DNA of 64,000 bases, taken from Octopus vulgaris (Eukaryota). Location: positions 132,742,001 to 132,806,000 of the forward strand of contig OX597814.1 in the NCBI GenBank assembly GCA_951406725.2. Direction: 5' to 3'. Shown one piece after another: positions 1 to 13,325 of the stretch (positions are counted from its first letter, which is position 1; each line of letters starts with the position of its first letter). The notes below the pieces were generated by a model, which was not told the DNA's origin, did no database searches, and saw only the letters and a program-made list of their open reading frames with translations. Position numbers and translations under genes: made by a program.

Positions 1-1570
1 TTCACCACCGTTATACGGTAGTGCACTAGTTATAGACCATTAAATATTATAGACCAACTTTCCTCTCTCCAAAGGAATTAAAGCATTAAAACTTTTTATC
101 TAAATTTAAATTATGACTATACAATTTTGACTTGAAATCATTTCTGTATTTTAACTGAACATTTGTAAACTAAGTTCTTTCTTAAGTATTGGTTATCCAG
201 TGGATATTTTAGGCGATTTTGACAGTTACATAAACGTATTAGCCTGTTATTGCGAGATTTCAATTTGAAATGTTTATATTTCATCTATCCTCATTATTAG
301 CTGTTGAGCTAGGAATCTCATCTATATTAAATTATGAAACATCTTATATACACCTGATTTCCTTATATAAACTGAACGTTTCAAAATTATGTGTAACCTT
401 AGGTAGGCTTTAATCACTATTTTTTCCTTTAAAATATAATTACTACTACTGTGATCATTACTGTCAATATCATTACTCACAACATTATTAGTGTCACTAC
501 TATATAGACAAATGGACGAATGAGGTTGGAATAGAATGCCCAGTAGATCTACAAACAGTTTGTTTCTAAGGGACTGCAAGGATTATGAGGAGGGTTCAAT
601 GTTATTATTATTGCTACTACTATCCCTACCGATATTAAATGAGTTGGTTATATCATTTTCAATAAACACTTTTAACTTCTTTGAATTATGTGCTGAATAA
701 GCAAATGTAACCGTATATAAATAGCTTAACCAGGATTCCTTGGTGGCGGGAAATGCTTTGCCAGAGCAATGAAAAGAAATTCCTTGTACACTTTCTAGCA
801 TTAGTCCTAGAATTGCTATTTTTTTAATGTATATTGTTATTAGTAAATACCTGAGGGGAATCATATTTCTCTTGTTGGTTCAAGTCTTATTATTTTCATT
901 TCCATTATGATATCTACTAGTCTTTTTATCATAAGAAAAACCGTTATTATCACTTCTTTTTTATCCACATTACTACTATCAATACTACTATCGTTACTAC
1001 TATCAATACCATTAGTGTTATCCTATTACGACTATGTTTAGATTTTATAATAATTTTATTAAAAGTAATTTGACCCTCTAGGTTCCCACTGCTATTTTCA
1101 CTTTTTATATCACTGTTTCTGTTCATTTTTGTTCGAAGTTGCATATCTTATTTTGATCTTCCTTTCTCTAGTTAATAAATCTCATTGTATTGTCCGTTTC
1201 GTTAAAGTGTGCCCTAATAATTTCATTATTACTATTATGGTGATCTCTATCACTATTCATCAATTCCCTTACTTCTTTATCCTTGTGTATCTTTTCTCGC
1301 ACCATTAGCAATATAATAAATGTTTTGTGTATAACCAAATTTAGCTACGGCTCAGTTATAGAATTTTATGTTTTGTTTAAATATTTTGTCAGCATGAGTT
1401 ACTTTATAGATTCTAAGATAGACGATCCTAACGATAGAATTTATAATTGTTTTTGGATGATTACATTTTAGACTTATGTATTTGAGGTTCCCATTTGTTT
1501 TGTGGTATGGATGATGTAGCTCCGTACTCAGTTCTAAAGAAACATCCAGGAAATTATCTTTTTTCACGTC
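1..1570 (-). mobile_element. Degenerate Penelope-like retroelement (RT thumb plus C-terminal GIY-YIG remnants)
   Basis: The minus strand at 1352-1567 gives NFLDVSLELSTELHHPYHKTNGNLKYISLKCNHP, matching the PLE RT 'FLDV..L....PY.K.....Y.....SNHP' pattern. At ~140-240 it gives RLCNCQNRLKYPLDNQYLRKNLVYKCSVK (CxC..CPL..C...VY linker/GIY-YIG start), and at ~1-45 WSITSALPYNGG. Multiple stops and frameshifts. Confidence 0.75.
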
Positions 1571-2027
1571 CCTCTCTAAGGAACCTTAATACACTTATAA
1601 ACAGTAAATAGAGCATCAGCCCTATATACTTCCCACCAGCTTTGAAAATTCTTGTTTAGACATTTTAATGGGAGCCACTCAGGCAGAACCGGCATCGACC
1701 ACACTCAAATGGTGCTTTTTACGTGCCACCAGCACAAGTGCCTACTAAACATGTTACTTGAGCTGAGTCGCTGTACCCCATCGCTACATCAAAACTATTT
1801 GATCCGTCACATCTGAATTTTCAACCATATTCTGTGACCATATACAGAATTTACTAGGCGTATGAACTTCGTATATAGAAGCAGGACAAGCAGTGGATTG
1901 CAAAGACTTTCACTAACCAATTTGACTAGACAGGCTTACCTCCTACAGCGTGCTTAAAAAGTATTCACCTGGATTTTAAAATCTTTTTCTTGCATACAGA
2001 CCTATGTATGATAAAGTTTGTACATAA

Positions 2028-2162
<135 letters not shown>

Positions 2163-2591
2163 TGTGCAAGTGGGTATGTGGGAGAGAGAGAGAAAGAGAG
2201 AAAAGCAGAAAGCAAATGTAGCCGCTTCGTATATATCGGTCTTCGCCACCGAGTAATTTACGCTAAACTGGCAACATAATTTCTGCATTGGTTTCTAAGG
2301 TAACTTGCTTCTAAATTGCTAATTTGAGATAGTTACTTATAACAGAATTAAGCAATGACACGACTGAGTAATTTTTCATTACTTTCGGGAACTCGTTTTC
2401 CATTTAAAAAGAAATTACTTTTCTCTTCATATTTCATATGGTAATTGTCATCGTTTTTCATCACTTTAATAGCTTAAAAGAGCATAAAAAATGAAGATAT
2501 TTACCTACTATATACTGGAGTAAATAAATTAAGCATAATGCACTTAAGATGAAAAAATTCTTAAATATTAAGAACGTGAGTTGTCATTATC

Positions 2592-2624
<33 letters not shown>

Positions 2625-2628
<4 letters not shown>

Positions 2629-2795
2629 ATCCAAACAAGAAAGCCCAAAAAAACACAACAACGCGAGGACGTGGAACAAATATAGTATTATTGGACGCTC
2701 AGGAAAGAAGGAAGGAAGGAGGGTTTAACGTTTCGATCGGAGCTCTTCGTCGGAAACATAAGAGAAGGAAAGATCCAGAGAAGGGAAGACAGAGG

Positions 2796-2797
<2 letters not shown>
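2625..2797 (-). mobile_element. Short PLE-type non-coding element embedded in (TA)n, with a hammerhead-like motif
   Basis: Unique ~170 bp flanked on both sides by (TA)n. The minus strand at 2723-2757 reads GUUU CCGACGA A GAGC-UCC-GAUC GAAA CG UU AAAC. Confidence 0.65.
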
Positions 2798-2833
<36 letters not shown>

Positions 2834-3117
2834 GGGAATTATTCAAATATAACGCCTATGAAAGTCTAAGGTTTCTCAGATTGGTGATACCGTTGATGTG
2901 AATGTAATGTTTGATTGTCTGTCACTTTGGTCAGCAGGAAAGATGTACAGGAAATGCTGGAAGTGCGAGCAATAAGGCTATTGCCATCAATGCCGGAGCA
3001 CTAGCCTTTCATACATACACAAATACACACACACACTCATTTCTTTTTTTCTCGCTTCCTACCTCCCATTATATGTGTATGTGTATGTGTGTGTGTTTGC
3101 GTGCGCGCGCGTGTGCA

Positions 3118-4400
3118 TTGCTTTGATGAATAATTCAGGTGCATTACTATTTCAAATTTAAAAGTGCACGCGATATAAAACGCATTGGCAAAATGCTTTA
3201 TGTTATTTAAAAGAGAACGTTTTGCTCTACAAGACAGTATGTATTGATTTTTAAATTTTATTGATTTTCGTGTATTTTCAGATCATGAAAATGGAATGTC
3301 AAGTGGACAAAATTGAGCATTTTCGATGTTATTTACCTTTTGCATTTAATCGAGGTGTTAAGGCCGACAAAGCTGCTCGTGAGATTTGTGCTGTGTATGG
3401 AGGAGCAATGTCTCAAAGTAACGTACCACCCGCCGTTGGTTTTCGTGCTTCAAAATGGGAATTTTAATCTCAAGGACGGATCACACACCGGTCGACAAAC
3501 TGAGTTCGATGAAGAGCGATTGAATCAACTTCTTCACGAAAATCCACATCAAACGATCAGAGAATTAGCGGAGCAAATGGATTGTGATAAAAAAAACTGT
3601 GGTGAACCGCCTTCGCTCAATGGGAAAGGTTCATAAACTCGTCGTTTGAGTGTCACACACTTTGAGCGAATGCAACAAAAATCAACGCTCCACAACCGCT
3701 GCCTGTTTGGTCGCTCGATATCACTCAACATATGGTCACGAACAACGTTTCCTCTGCCACATTGTCACTGACGATGAAAAACGGTCAATATGAAGCAACG
3801 AAAAGCATGGCTCAGCCCCGACAAACATACGATTCCTCGAACAAAACAAGACCTTCATCCTCGAAAGACCATGTTATGTATATCGTGGGACTAGGGGTGT
3901 TTAATTCATTACGAACTGCTTGAGTGCAACCAAATACTCAATGCTGAGCTCAACGTTCAACAACTGCACCGACTCAACGAAGCAATTCGGCAAAAAAGAA
4001 CTAATAGGCGAAATAGCGTTCTTCTGCAACACGACAAAGCCCGTCCTCACATCGCTAATTATGACCAAAGCTGCAACTCAAGAACTCGAATGGGAAGTGG
4101 TGCCTCATCCTCCATGCTCTCCAAACCTGGCGCCGTCAGATTTTTATGTCTTTCGACCACTTTCGAACGCTTTGCTCGGTGTATCGTTCAATAATGACTT
4201 GGAATTGAGGGCTTGGTTGAACGAATTCTTTGAGTCAAGACCAGGAGATTTCTATCACCGAGGCATCGAAAAACGTATTGCACGATGGAAGAGAGTCATA
4301 AACAACAACAGAGAGTATATTATTGATTAATTTGTTGCAGTTTTTTTGTTTAAAATAAATTTGAAAAAAAAAAATGCTCATGAATTATTCCTCAACCCAA
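3118..4400 (+). mobile_element. Full-length (~1.28 kb) inactive mariner transposon in the SLC6 intron
   Basis: Right TIR aatgctcatgaattattcctcaacccaa is followed by TA at 4401. The degenerate left TIR ttgctttgatgaataattcaggtgcatt starts at 3118. Typical mariner length. Confidence 0.92.
3291..4330 (+). pseudogene. Mariner DD34D transposase pseudogene (frameshifted)
   Basis: MECQVDKIEHFR..AAREICAVYG N-terminal HTH; IVTDDEK; LQHDKARPH; WEVVPHPPCSPNLAPSDF (YSPDLAPSD motif); FYHRGIEK..RW..VI....EYI C-terminus. Split over several frames. Confidence 0.93.
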
Positions 4401-4713
4401 TATATTAGCGTCTGTGTTTGTATGTATATATATATATATATTCAGTATAGTATACAGTATATTTTTGTGTATTCATAAATTGACGTACATAAAGAAACCT
4501 ACTATACACGCACACAAAGAAAACGTTGAGAGTAACTTCGGAGTGCCACTCCTCCCACCCTTTGTAAAAATATGATACCTTAAATGTATTAGTGATTGAT
4601 CTTGCATGCACATCATGAAGATAGATAGGTATCTAGTAATGCATCCGGAGGATGTGAAAATGTCGAAAGCATTAATTGGATAACAATACGAATAATAAAA
4701 TGTTTTATCTTAC

Positions 4714-5014
4714 CTCCTCCATTTTTCTGAGTCAAATATGGGAAACGCCAAACATTTCCGAGTCCTACAGCAAAACCAGCCAATGAGAGAATGAACTGGA
4801 CACGATTATCCCAGGTTTCTCTTTCTTCACCCGTATGTCGATCGATTTTTTTCTCCAAATCAATCTTAAGTAAATTCGCTGTGGATGCGCCAACTCCCGG
4901 AGAGCTTGCGCCCAGCGTCATTGTACTTCCATACAAAGTGTTGCTATTTCCATCACCATTCTCGTCCGAATGTGGGCTCGGTATATTCAAATGATTCATT
5001 TCAATACGTTCCAT
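4714..5014 (-). CDS. First coding exon of an SLC6 sodium-dependent transporter, neutral amino-acid (SLC6A15-20 / B0AT-like) subfamily; N-terminus plus TM1
   Basis: ATG at 5014 gives MERIEMNHL...[37 protein letters not shown]. The phase-1 donor GGA GGA G|GTAAGA at 4714/4713 is at the intron position typical of SLC6 genes. Gly rather than Asp in TM1 (AVGLGN) indicates an amino-acid rather than monoamine substrate. No downstream exon was found in the window. Confidence 0.93.
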
Positions 5015-5467
5015 AATGCGTTCATTCAACAGAATTAATTGAAAATATTATCAATTTTAACTCTAAAATTTTCTTTTCTTGCTTTTCTTAATTGCTTTTT
5101 ATTTGGTTTCTATGAGAAATATTTGAATGCAAAATGGTGTAACTGTGTTTAGAAATGTTCTGATAATTGCGGACGAAATTGAAATTGATTATTTATATTC
5201 CATGTAATACATGTATTTAATAAGATGAGTCACTGCGTTTTCAGTGAAAAAAAATTCAAATTAATGTTAAGAATTCATATCGCACTTGAAAAATTCCAGC
5301 TGAAGATTCAGTTATGTTGGTGAGTTATTCATATTTCCTATGAAATATTCTCTTTTGTAGATCTTTTCAAAAATTTCTCTACCGACTGAAATATCGGTTT
5401 GTTGTTCTTTCTCAAGAATGTAGGCTAAACTCTAACCCACTAGCAGTGTTAACTGCTGATCAACATC
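5015..5467 (-). other. Probable 5'UTR portion of the SLC6 exon, with splice acceptor at 5468/5467
   Basis: The minus strand reads tctatttctttcttctatttcag|GATG, a strong polypyrimidine tract plus CAG. Sequence between it and the ATG is non-repetitive. Confidence 0.65.
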
Positions 5468-5701
5468 CTGAAATAGAAGAAAGAAATAGATTATAAAATT
5501 TGTATTCATATTAAAAATAAATAAAGTAATTATTTAAATGGTAGACTAAAACAGGCTCACTATTAACAATGAACAAGTAAGGAATATATATGTGTGAGCT
5601 GAGAGAAATATGATCCTGGGGGGAAAAACAAAAATAATCAATTGATAAGTTTAAACCTTGGCCAAATTACAACCAATCTTTTGTATCGAGAGATATCTAG
5701 A

Positions 5702-5768
<67 letters not shown>

Positions 5769-6698
5769 GTGAATCAGACATCCTTGGGCCATCACTACAC
5801 ATAACAAAGGAAACTATGTTAATATGCATCATTAGAAAATTTATATATAACACAAAATAAAAATGGGGAAAAACATAATTAGAAGAAAATGTGTTCATCA
5901 CCCTCGTACGTTTAATTCCCGATCCTCTATTTCTAATTCGTTTTCTTACCATTGATCATTTTTTAGTATTTTACTAAACACAAGGGATGTTACAATAGTT
6001 GCGATGACTGGATTAAAACAATGTGTTATGCCTCTCTCTCTCTCTCCAACTCTGTACACACACACATACACGCATGCACACGTGTGTATGTGAGAGAATG
6101 TGTGTGCGTGTCTGTGAGTGTGTGTGCATGCATGTATATTTAATCAGTTATGTGCATGAGTAAGAGAGCAAGAGAGTATCAATGCTTATGTATATGAGTC
6201 TATGTTTAAGTAATTATACAATGAGATGCATACCATTGTTTCACATATTTCAAATATTCCACTACTGATAACTGGTATCCACTTCAATAGCTGTGTGCAA
6301 CCAGATGTACATGCGCCAGACCGATTATCAACGACCTGTAAGAGGATAATTTTTCAAACTAACTCATGTTACTCCTACCCTGTATATTCTGTATATAAAA
6401 GAAACATTTGCTATGGGTTTAAACTCAACCATTATACACTGGTAGCATCTTTCTAATCTTTCTATAATCTAATCCAAAATCAGAAGTGAGAATAAAAAAA
6501 GTTAGTTAAACTTTGTGTATTTAATCTTTCGACCATCCACACTGTCCTTAAATAACTTTATCATGTGAAATATTAACGTTTTCTTTGCGTCGGTATTAAT
6601 TTATGATACCATATATCATACGATATATAATAGCACGAACTAGCTTTTTCAACGATAACGATTTGGCAATGAGATAGTGGTTTGCATATGATGAATGA

Positions 6699-6700
6699 CA

Positions 6701-6756
<56 letters not shown>

Positions 6757-6778
6757 CACCACCACTGCTGCTGCTACT
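6699..6778. repeat. Compound (ACT)n(ACC)n(GCT)n microsatellite
   Basis: Directly visible. Confidence 0.9.
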
Positions 6779-7649
6779 GGTATTAATACTACTATCATTT
6801 TTACTACTATTATATAAGTTTTACGTATACATACATATATGTTTGTGTGCGCGCGTGTTTGTGTATGTGTGTGTGTCGCGCGCGCGCGCGTATGTGTAAG
6901 AGAAGAAATAAGCAGGCTTTAATTATAAAATACAGCAATTGTTTCTGTGCAGTACTAATAGCTACCGTTGAGTTTTCAGTATCATACTACTGTATAAATT
7001 ATTTTATAAATGCTTCCATAAAAGAAATATGCTCCAGCGTATTTATTCATCAGATAGGTCACTTTAAAAGATACTGAAAACTTTGCAACCAACAAGTGTG
7101 CTGTGGGGTATTATGAACAGACTGAGTGAAGGAGAGAAATGGAGGAAAAAGCAACAGTAAAACAAATTTTCATAAGTTCATCCATTCATCAGTCGTAGAT
7201 TTTCTCTGTTAGCTGATTATACAATTTACATAAATAGTATTATGTATATTTAAATCAGTCACAGCCACATAGGAGGTTGCTTGATTAGGCCAGGCCGGTC
7301 AGTGGGTCATTATTGGTTTTGCTCATTTAAAGCTCTTAACGGTATAGAAGACTCGTCATACTTGTTGGCTGCAGATATAAAACCTCTCTAGAACTGAAGG
7401 TAGGAAAACGTCTTGTCCAGATAGAGTTATTGACAAAAGATCCCGAAACACACACGTATGTGTGTGTGTGTGTGTGTGTGTTTGTGTGTGTGACTGTGCA
7501 TAAATATGTATATATGGGATAAACTTAACTGCAAGTCCCTTGATTATGCACCTCTGCTTACAGAGGGCTGAGATGGGGCTAAGCAGCAACAACAAATGCA
7601 ACAACAACAACTGTGTACCACAGAGCAGATTTATCCTCCATTAAATAAC

Positions 7650-7861
7650 AATTCTTTGTATTAAAGACACAAGGTCTGAAATTTGGGGGAGGGGTATAGT
7701 CAATTACATCGACCCCAGTACTCAGCTGGTACTTTATCGACCCCGAAAGGATGAAAGGTAATGTCGACCACGCTGGAACTTGAATAGAGAACGTAGCGAC
7801 GGGAGAATTACCGCTATGCATTTCGTCCAGCGTGCTAACTATTCTGCCAGCTTGCCGCCTT
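7650..7861 (-). mobile_element. tRNA-derived SINE, family A
   Basis: Reverse complement of the 18777-19007 element: head aaggcggcaagctggcagaat, core cctttcatcctttcggggtcgataaagtaccagc. Confidence 0.88.
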
Positions 7862-8681
7862 CCACTATTAAGTAATAATGCAACAAGTCCTTTTCAAAAT
7901 GCTCTTCTTCTTATAATACAATATATATTTATGTCATTATATAAGATTGATCCGTCATTTAGCAATGTCACCATGGTTAATATAGACGTAATTGCTTGCT
8001 TCCTGAAGAATACTCTCAATTATAATCGATTCTTGAAATGTCACTTGAACTCTGAACAGAATGCTTTATCCTATTCATAAGACACTCTTTGGAAATTATG
8101 TTAGAATTATTTCGATATAGCATAGAAGAAATAATGATACTTAAATATACAAATATATATATATTTCGCGAAAAATACACCCACACACGTACGCACACAT
8201 TCACATATGTGCACACCAAGCCCCAAGCAGAAGCATTTATATACACAACTAGAATACAATAAATTTAATCTACATGTAAAAACATACGTATAAACTTGTG
8301 TAACGACATGTTTATGTGTTCATTCCCTCGCAGTTGCATGTTAGGGAAATGTCTTTAACTATATCAGTGGTTCACAAATAATGTGAGCGTGAAATGTTGT
8401 GGAGAGAAGTTGTGCAAAATTCTGATATATATACATATATATATATGTGTGTGTGTGTGTGTGTTTTTGTGAGAGTGCATGTATGTACATATGTGTATGC
8501 GTATGTCTAAAACTTTACCTAATGATAGTGGATTGTATATTATAATACAATATTTTAAGACATTTCTATCGAAAAGATGTGTCGTAAATTTTAAATATCA
8601 TTCATGTTAATTATATGTACATATGCATATATATGTACATATATGCATATATATGTACATATGCATATATATGTACATATA

Positions 8682-8788
<107 letters not shown>

Positions 8789-8987
8789 AGAGTAAGCACA
8801 TAAATGCGAAACAAAGTGGAAATAGATATATATATGTGTGTGTGTATACATATGCATGTATACAGATAGTAAACATGAATGGCGTTTGAAATTTACGACA
8901 GATTTTTCGGTAGGATTTTATTCAATGTACACACATATGTACATACGTGCACACAGACGAACATACACATACATCGAAACGTATATA

Positions 8988-9127
8988 TATAATCAAAATA
9001 AGAAACAAGGATCTCTGGGTATCCTTGTTACTTATTTTGATTTTAATCACCTTATTTTGAAATTGTATGGATGATACCGTACTAAATTCTGGTGCCTCAA
9101 CTTAAGTACCATATTCATCTGAATCTC

Positions 9128-9128
<1 letters not shown>
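8988..9128. mobile_element. Short (TA)n-embedded element with terminal fold-back hairpin (family F)
   Basis: Inverted homolog of 11478-11625. Hairpin arms 8991-9012 and 9021-9042, one mismatch. Confidence 0.8.
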
Positions 9129-9210
<82 letters not shown>

Positions 9211-11377
9211 AGACACATATATGCATGCATACATGCATACATAAATTTCCAGAATGACGTTTGATTATGCTTCAGTTTGTACAAGTAAATGGCAACCATT
9301 TGGTTTATTATTTACAGATTCACATTTCCATAGCTATTTTAATTGTTGCTGCTGTTTCTATTCCTATAGTCCTGATGTTGTGATTGTGGCTAACAAGCAG
9401 TTTACTATAATATTACATTCAAATGTTTTCTAAAGTTAATATTGAAGTAAGAGACCGAAAGCTATGTATAGATACGTCTACCGTACCCTACCACCCCGTG
9501 TCCATGTAAAATTTTCCTAGTACCCAAATAAAATTTTCCATCGTTCCCAGAAGGGCAGCATTGCTAACTTTGAGAAGTACTGTTGTACATAAATGTCATT
9601 GAACTAAAGTGGCTTGCCGAACCTAAATCCTTATATTGACATCTTTTATCAACTAGGACAGGATACACAGAAGAGTGGTTATTGAAGTTCTTTTCAGTAG
9701 ACGAAACTGTATTTTGAGAATTATTGTCGTTTCTGAAACCTACGCTAGAAAATAATTCTACGGAAGCAGCAGCATTACTAAATGCCACTTGAAGTACATG
9801 TGCTGTATTCTTGTCTATTAGTTTGTTAGAAGTTAGTCTTCGCCTTCTAAAATCGAGAAAAGACAAAAGTATTTCACAACAGAAGTCAACGCATTTACCA
9901 CTATTAGAAGTCAGTCACTAAAAGTCTAATTCATTTAAACGTGTTTAACTTATTTGAATATAAGGAGAAATCGAAAACAAATGGTATGTAGTCAAACTAT
10001 TCTATAACATTTCCAGGAGGAAATTAGCCAGCAGGCAATTTCGACAATAAGACTTCTTCCATAAAATAAAATTCACACTTCTTATCCATAGAACTTTGGA
10101 GAGGAAATAAGGAAACAGAAGTGAAGTCTCACTCTTAGAAACACTCTACATACAAATGAGCTGTAACTATGTGTAGCGTTTGAATAGGAAATGACAATAT
10201 GAATTTTTAACCAATCGAATAATAGAATTCCGTTGTAAGTTCATTTTTCAAATATTATATCAAGCAAGGCAGCCAGTGTTAGAATTTTTCATCATTTTAA
10301 GTAAAATATCGCGAATCTTCGCTTTTATATAGGAACGATTTTAGCAATGATGTCCAGTAATCGAAATAAATATCTAGACTACAACTGAAGTTCTGATATA
10401 AAAGTAGTAAATTAACTAAAATTGTAATGTGAACTCAGTCTATATAGAAGGAAGTCAGGATATTGAAAGACACTACGAAGCAAATAAGGCTGAAGAACTC
10501 TACTTGTTGGTACGAAATAGAAATTATTGTCATGCCTTATATTTTCATAGAATCTAAATTTATATTAAGTAATTTAAATTTCTCTTTCAAAGTTTTAAAG
10601 ATCATTAATGTCATTAGTGTAACTGATATCATTACTATCATGATTATTGTTTTATTTTATGCTGTAAAGCACTCGAGCATTTCACTGATAGTCGTCAATT
10701 ACAAAATTGCTTCAAGGCAAATTATCAGTAAATCTTTAGTGTGCCGGTGTTTAATCTAAGATTGGCGTTGTGACGAAAGAACAAAACCTATATAAGGTTA
10801 AAGTCGATTTTAGATATTGTGAGAAAATTAAGAAATCTGATGGCATGTTTCTATAATGAAATTAATAAAAGGAATATAATAAAATAAGATTTGCCTATAA
10901 ACAATTAAATGAAGGGGAAAGAGATGGAGTGAGAGGAAGAAGCACACGAGAAATGATGAAATTAATGAAAAAGATAGAAAGATGAAAAGAGTGAGTTAGT
11001 GCAGAAAGTTACAAAAAGGTAAAATAAATGGAGTGGCGGGTTAGTCAGATAAAAGGCAAAGAAAAAAGAAAATGTACGAGAAAAATAAAATATTTAAGAA
11101 CAGAATATAAAATTTGAAGAAAATAAAGAAAGAAAAACAAAGCAGCAATGGAAATGAACCAGAGTGAAAAATACAAGAAAATAACATAAGGAATAGAAAT
11201 GGATGTCTTCTAAGACATTCATTCGAACGACGTCGATTTATTTGCGTAATGATTCATTTACTCTATCTATATTATAATCACTCATTCTAGCTTTCTGTCA
11301 CACATTTTCTCTTTTTTCTATCAATCATTCTTCATGTGCACGCACGCGCACACACATAAATATAAGTGTGTGTGTAA

Positions 11378-11477
<100 letters not shown>

Positions 11478-11625
11478 TTTAATATGAATATGGTACTTAA
11501 TTTAGATGCACCAGAATTTTGTATGGTGTTATCCATAAAAATTTGCGGGGTGATTATAATCAAAATAAGCAACAAGAATGACTCCGGAATAACCGGAGTC
11601 ATTCTTGTTGCTTATTTTGATTATA
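11478..11625. mobile_element. Short microsatellite-embedded element with perfect 33-bp terminal hairpin (family F)
   Basis: tataatcaaaataagcaacaagaatgactccgg-aataa-ccggagtcattcttgttgcttattttgattata (11555-11625). The body atgaatatggtacttaa..gcacca is shared with the 9.1 kb and 49.2 kb copies. Confidence 0.82.
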
Positions 11626-11632
11626 TATATAT

Positions 11633-11956
11633 GGGGACACCCCCTTCGGTCATGAATGACCATGGGATTGCACCTAGAAAATTACCTTCCAAGGTACAAG
11701 TCCGGGCAAGGTTGCTTATGGAAGGCGAGCAATCCCCCATGCATACCGACCTCCCTTCTCCACACCACGAAAAGCAAAGGCCGATACAGCTTGGCACCTG
11801 TGATATCGCAACTCATTTCTACAGCTGAGTGAACTGGAGCAACGTAAAATAAAGTGTCTTGTTCAAGAGCACAACATGCAGCCCGGTCCGGGAATCGAAC
11901 TCACAACCTCACGATCGTAAACTCGGCACTCTAACCACTGATCCATGCACCTTCAC
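11633..11956 (-). mobile_element. tRNA-derived SINE, family C
   Basis: Minus-strand head gtgaaggtgcatggatcagtggttagag...gagttcgattcccgg (A and B boxes), then core gtgctcttgaacaagacactttattttacgttgctccagttcactcagctg. Confidence 0.85.
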
Positions 11957-12016
11957 GCACACACACACACACAGAGATAGATAGAAAGATAGATACACAC
12001 ACACACATATATATAC

Positions 12017-12082
<66 letters not shown>

Positions 12083-12085
<3 letters not shown>

Positions 12086-12454
12086 AAATTAGAGAATGGA
12101 GAAACATACTTAAATCAGTAAAACATCAACTATCCGATGATACTCAATCCATACTTTAATACACCATTACATATGAGTAAAGGCAATATATAAAATGAAA
12201 TGAGATATACAGTAATAGTAAAAAGATAAAGAGATATAAGTAAAAAATTTCAAATATAATATGCAAATAAATCAAAACTGACAGCTGTTTCGGCAGTGAG
12301 GGCAGTCATACCTCATTTAACCTATAAGCCATAAAGGCAGGTATAAATGAGGCATTAACAAGGATGCCCCACGGCCTCTTCAGAGAATTAAATTAAATTT
12401 ATTATAATAGTGAAAAATATTATATAATCATATACATATAAATATAAAAATATA

Positions 12455-12457
<3 letters not shown>
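12083..12457 (-). mobile_element. (TA)n-embedded PLE-type element carrying a hammerhead with extended stem II
   Basis: Flanked by (TA)n on both sides; contains the HHR motif at 12272-12390. Confidence 0.7.
12272..12390 (-). ncRNA. Type-I hammerhead ribozyme motif (intact core)
   Basis: CUGAAGA + GGC...GCC-closed ~85-nt multi-segment stem II + GAAA + palindromic CAGCUG + UC. Stem I is weak. Confidence 0.7.
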
Positions 12458-12528
<71 letters not shown>

Positions 12529-13325
12529 GAAGAGAGAGAGGAAAGAATTGAATAAAAATAAGTTGTCAGAAGAAAATCGAAACAACATTTCTTCAGTTTT
12601 TGAAGATTATGAAATATATATATTTGGAAATTTAAAAATGCTTATGTATGCTTTGATGCTGATTATGGAATATCGGTTTCGAAGCTGAAACGAAATCAGG
12701 TTACACATTATGTGCATATGTCCTCGAGACATATATTAGACGTATATTAGAATATTCACATATATATAACTGGGGAATTTTGTCTGTTGTACATGTATAA
12801 ACAACAATTTATCCTTCATACTCCATCCCCCCCAAAAAAAAAGATTGTTCCCACGGGTTGGGAAAAAACACTAAGTCGCTATTTGCAGCAGAAGCACCTA
12901 CAATGTTTCTTGACCTAGTAAAAATGTCTGCTAGTTCTACAATCTCAGACTAGACACAATATGTATGTCTATGTGTTTGTGTATGCACATTAGTATGCGA
13001 TTTCAGGTAAATCTATGCTGCAATGTTATACATGTGTTGTATAACTGCTTGTGTTGGTAACGGTGTTGGTGTTGTTATTGTTGTTAACAATATCTGCTAC
13101 ATCCGTAAGAGCAAAATTCTAAGTGGTGTAAGTTATATTTTGTAATTCGACTTGACTAACTCTAAGTTGATAAATAATTGGTGTTTCTCTAATTTATATC
13201 ATAGAAAATGAACCAGTTACTGATATTTAGGCTGGACAAGTCGGAAAAATTATAGAAGAAAACATTCAAAAAGATATTTATAAACAGTTTTTGAGGCCTG
13301 CACGTCGATACTGACAGCGCCGTTA

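Noticed and set aside
3261-4330. SETMAR-like host gene
   Set aside because: No SET domain, has TIRs and frameshifts; it is a dead mariner.
4613-4713. ORF continuation [10 protein letters not shown]... after NGGG
   Set aside because: Read-through into the intron; homology stops at the GTAAGA donor.
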